From Acidimicrobiales bacterium (GTDB lineage Bacteria; Actinomycetota; Acidimicrobiia; Acidimicrobiales; RAAP-2), in the NCBI GenBank assembly GCA_035297265.1, contig DATGZH010000007.1, forward strand, positions 8,085-72,084: 64,000 bases of DNA, given 5' to 3'. The notes under the pieces are model-generated. The model did not search any database. It was not told the DNA's origin and saw only the letters and a list, made by a program, of their open reading frames with translations. The position numbers were made by a program, and so were the translations under genes. Below, in pieces: positions 62,133 to 64,000 of the stretch; within the stretch, counting starts at the first letter, position 1, and the number at the start of each line of letters is the position of its first letter.

Positions 62133-62627
62133 ATGACAGCGGACATGAGCGAGTACGCAGCGACCATTCAGCGGCTCGAGGAACGGGTCGCCCGCCTCGA
62201 GGACGAGCTCGCCGTCCGCCGGCTGGTCAGCGCCTACGGCCCGGCCGTCGACAGCGGGAGCGCCGACGCGGCGGCCGGCCTGTGGGAAGAGGACGGCGTC
62301 TACGACTCCGACGCCAGCGTCTGGCGGGGGCGCGAGGAGATCGCCGGGATGGTGAAGGGCGAAGGCCATCAGGGCCTGATCCACCGGGGCGCCGCCCACG
62401 TGATCGCCGCGCCCTACGTGCGAGTGGCGGGCGACGAGGCCGTGGCCACGTGCTACTCGCGCGTCTACCGGCGCACCGACGACGGCTACGAGGTCTGGCG
62501 GCTGGCCGTCAACCGCTGGGAGCTCGTGCGCACGCCCGAGGGCTGGCGGGCCCGTTACCGCACCAACCGCCTGATCGACGGGTCATCGGAGCCGAGGCAG
62601 CTCCTCGGCAAGGGACTGGCAGGCTAG
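62133..62627 (+). CDS. SnoaL_4 / NTF2-like protein
   Basis: It starts at ATG 62133, 5 nt after AAGGAG. The N-terminus LEDELAVRRLVSAYGPAVDSG is typical of SnoaL-4-like proteins. Confidence 0.65.
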   Translation: MTADMSEYAATIQRLEERVARLEDELAVRRLVSAYGPAVDSGSADAAAGLWEEDGVYDSDASVWRGREEIAGMVKGEGHQGLIHRGAAHVIAAPYVRVAGDEAVATCYSRVYRRTDDGYEVWRLAVNRWELVRTPEGWRARYRTNRLIDGSSEPRQLLGKGLAG

Positions 62628-62665
62628 GCCGGGACGGGCAACTGGCGGCACGAGACGAGGTGGTC

Positions 62666-63445
62666 ATGGGACGGCTCGACGGGAAGGTGACGATCATCAC
62701 CGGGGCGGGCGGCGGCCTCGGCCGGGTCATGGCCGGGCGCTTCGCCGAGGAGGGCGCCCTCGTCACGATCGCCGGGCGGCGCAAGGACGCCCTCGACGAG
62801 ACGGCGGCCGGCATCGACGCCGAGGTCCTCGTGGTCCCGACCGACGTGACCGACGAGGAGCAGGTCGAGGCGATGGTGGCGGCCACGGTGGAGCGCCACG
62901 GCGGGGTCGACGTCATGCTCAACAACGCGGCCCAGCCGGGCACCGACCTCCACATCTGGGAGCAGACCCTCGAGAACTGGAACGCCACGTTGGCCATCGA
63001 CGTCACCGCGGCGATGCTCTGCACCCGGGCCGTCCTCAACCAGAGCATGCTCGAGCGGCGCTCGGGGGCCATCGTCAACTTCTCGTCCTCGGCCGGGTGG
63101 CACGGCATCCCGAGGAAGAGCCACTACTGCGTGGCCAAGGCGGGCCTGCGCACGCTGACCAAGGTCGTGGCCCAGGAGGTCGGCCCCTACGGCATCCGGG
63201 TGAACTGCCTCGTGCCCGGGGCCATCGACACCGAGCTCTTGCGCAACTACCAGGCGAGGATCGCCGCCGAGCAGGGGGTGACGGTGGAGAAGCTCCGCGA
63301 GAGCTCGACCCGGTCGAGCGCCCTCCGCAAGATCAGCACGCCCGACGAGGTGGCTTCGGCGGTGCTCTTCCTCGTGAGCGACGAGGCGGTGACGATCACC
63401 GGCCAGTCGATCAGCGTCGACGCGGGCACCTACCTCGTGGGCTGA
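62666..63445 (+). CDS. SDR family oxidoreductase
   Basis: It has TGAGGGLG, NNAA and YxxxK as YCVAKAG. Track ORF 60122-63445 is over-extended. Confidence 0.85.
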   Translation: MGRLDGKVTIITGAGGGLGRVMAGRFAEEGALVTIAGRRKDALDETAAGIDAEVLVVPTDVTDEEQVEAMVAATVERHGGVDVMLNNAAQPGTDLHIWEQTLENWNATLAIDVTAAMLCTRAVLNQSMLERRSGAIVNFSSSAGWHGIPRKSHYCVAKAGLRTLTKVVAQEVGPYGIRVNCLVPGAIDTELLRNYQARIAAEQGVTVEKLRESSTRSSALRKISTPDEVASAVLFLVSDEAVTITGQSISVDAGTYLVG

Positions 63446-63454
63446 GAACCGGCC

Positions 63455-64000
63455 TCACCCGAGGTCGGTCGAGCGGTTCACTTCCTGCAGCGCCTCGAGC
63501 TGCTCGAGATAGTGGTCGAGCGAGTGGTGCACGATGCGCAGGCCGGCGATCGTGACCCCGAGGCCGTGCACCTCGGCGAGCGCGGCGGCGGTTCCCTCGG
63601 GGTCGCCGGCCGGGTCCTTGGCCTCCTGGGGGCCGTAGACGACCTCAAAGCCCGGGGGCCGCTCGACCCGGCCGAGCATCTCGGTCATCTGCCCGACGCT
63701 GATCCCGAAGGGAGCCCAGCCATCGGCGTAGCGCACGGCGCGACGGAGGGAGCGCAGCGTCCGACCGCCGATCCAGATCGGCATGTCCTGCTGGACGGCG
63801 CACGGGTCGACGATCACGCCCTCGTAGCGGTAGTAGGGGCCGTCGTAGACGGGTCGGTCGCGGCCGAGCGAGGCTCGCAGGGCGAGGAGCGCGTCGTCGG
63901 CCCGGGCCCCCCGGTCGGCGAACGGCACGCCGAGGAGCTCGAACTCCTCCTGCAGCGATCCCACGCCCACCCCGAGGATGACCCGTCCGCCGCTCACCCG
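63455..64000 (-). CDS. luciferase-like monooxygenase / F420-dependent oxidoreductase family, C-terminal part (5' end outside window)
   Basis: The frame is open to the window edge. RVILGVGVGSLQEEFELLGVPFADRGARADD and the PIWIGG pattern are typical of LLM-class proteins. Confidence 0.7.
   Translation of the reverse strand, partial: RVSGGRVILGVGVGSLQEEFELLGVPFADRGARADDALLALRASLGRDRPVYDGPYYRYEGVIVDPCAVQQDMPIWIGGRTLRSLRRAVRYADGWAPFGISVGQMTEMLGRVERPPGFEVVYGPQEAKDPAGDPEGTAAALAEVHGLGVTIAGLRIVHHSLDHYLEQLEALQEVNRSTDLG

Overview
This window is a high-GC (about 70% or more by spot counts) actinobacterial-type chromosomal segment. An Acidimicrobiia-like origin is only a guess. It holds about 60 tightly packed protein-coding genes, many joined by 1-8 nt start/stop overlaps. 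I recognised no rRNA, tRNA, CRISPR array, transposase or integrase. The content is dominated by paralogous catabolic modules of the lipid, isoprenoid or steroid-side-chain type. These comprise 2 cytochrome P450s, 3 amidohydrolase-2 proteins, 2 Cys-less thiolase-like (Ltp)/DUF35 pairs, and one split and one fused two-domain acyl-CoA dehydrogenase (ACAD). They also include 2 AMP-ligases, a tandem family-III CoA-transferase, a PhyH-type dioxygenase, 5 SDRs, and 3 TetR plus 1 MarR regulators. Other content includes a MarR-coupled heterodimeric ABC exporter. There is also a Liv-type ABC importer with a fused LivH-LivM permease and two tandem substrate-binding proteins (SBPs), followed by a secreted protein built from two different repeat arrays. 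The items most worth follow-up are as follows. (1) A ~9.5 kb minus-strand operon (27972-37485) reads ACAD-ACAD-APH-like kinase-nitroreductase-P450-FAD/2Fe-2S/Mo hydroxylase subunits. It pairs a kinase with a split ACAD and translationally couples a P450 to an XDH-family molybdoenzyme. The other P450 is followed by a MOSC (Moco-related) protein. (2) The secreted double-repeat protein at 14739-16712. (3) A 153-bp structured element at 51206-51358 with 13-bp terminal inverted repeats and flanking direct repeats (MITE-like). (4) The Ltp-DUF35-tandem CoA-transferase-DUF2889 operon. (5) A lower-GC accessory patch at 38.8-43.6 kb carrying TetR, GT1, esterase and GNAT genes. Most long ORFs in the supplied track that run antisense to, or out of frame with, these genes are GC-composition artefacts. 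All family assignments rest on motifs read by eye, and no database search was run.
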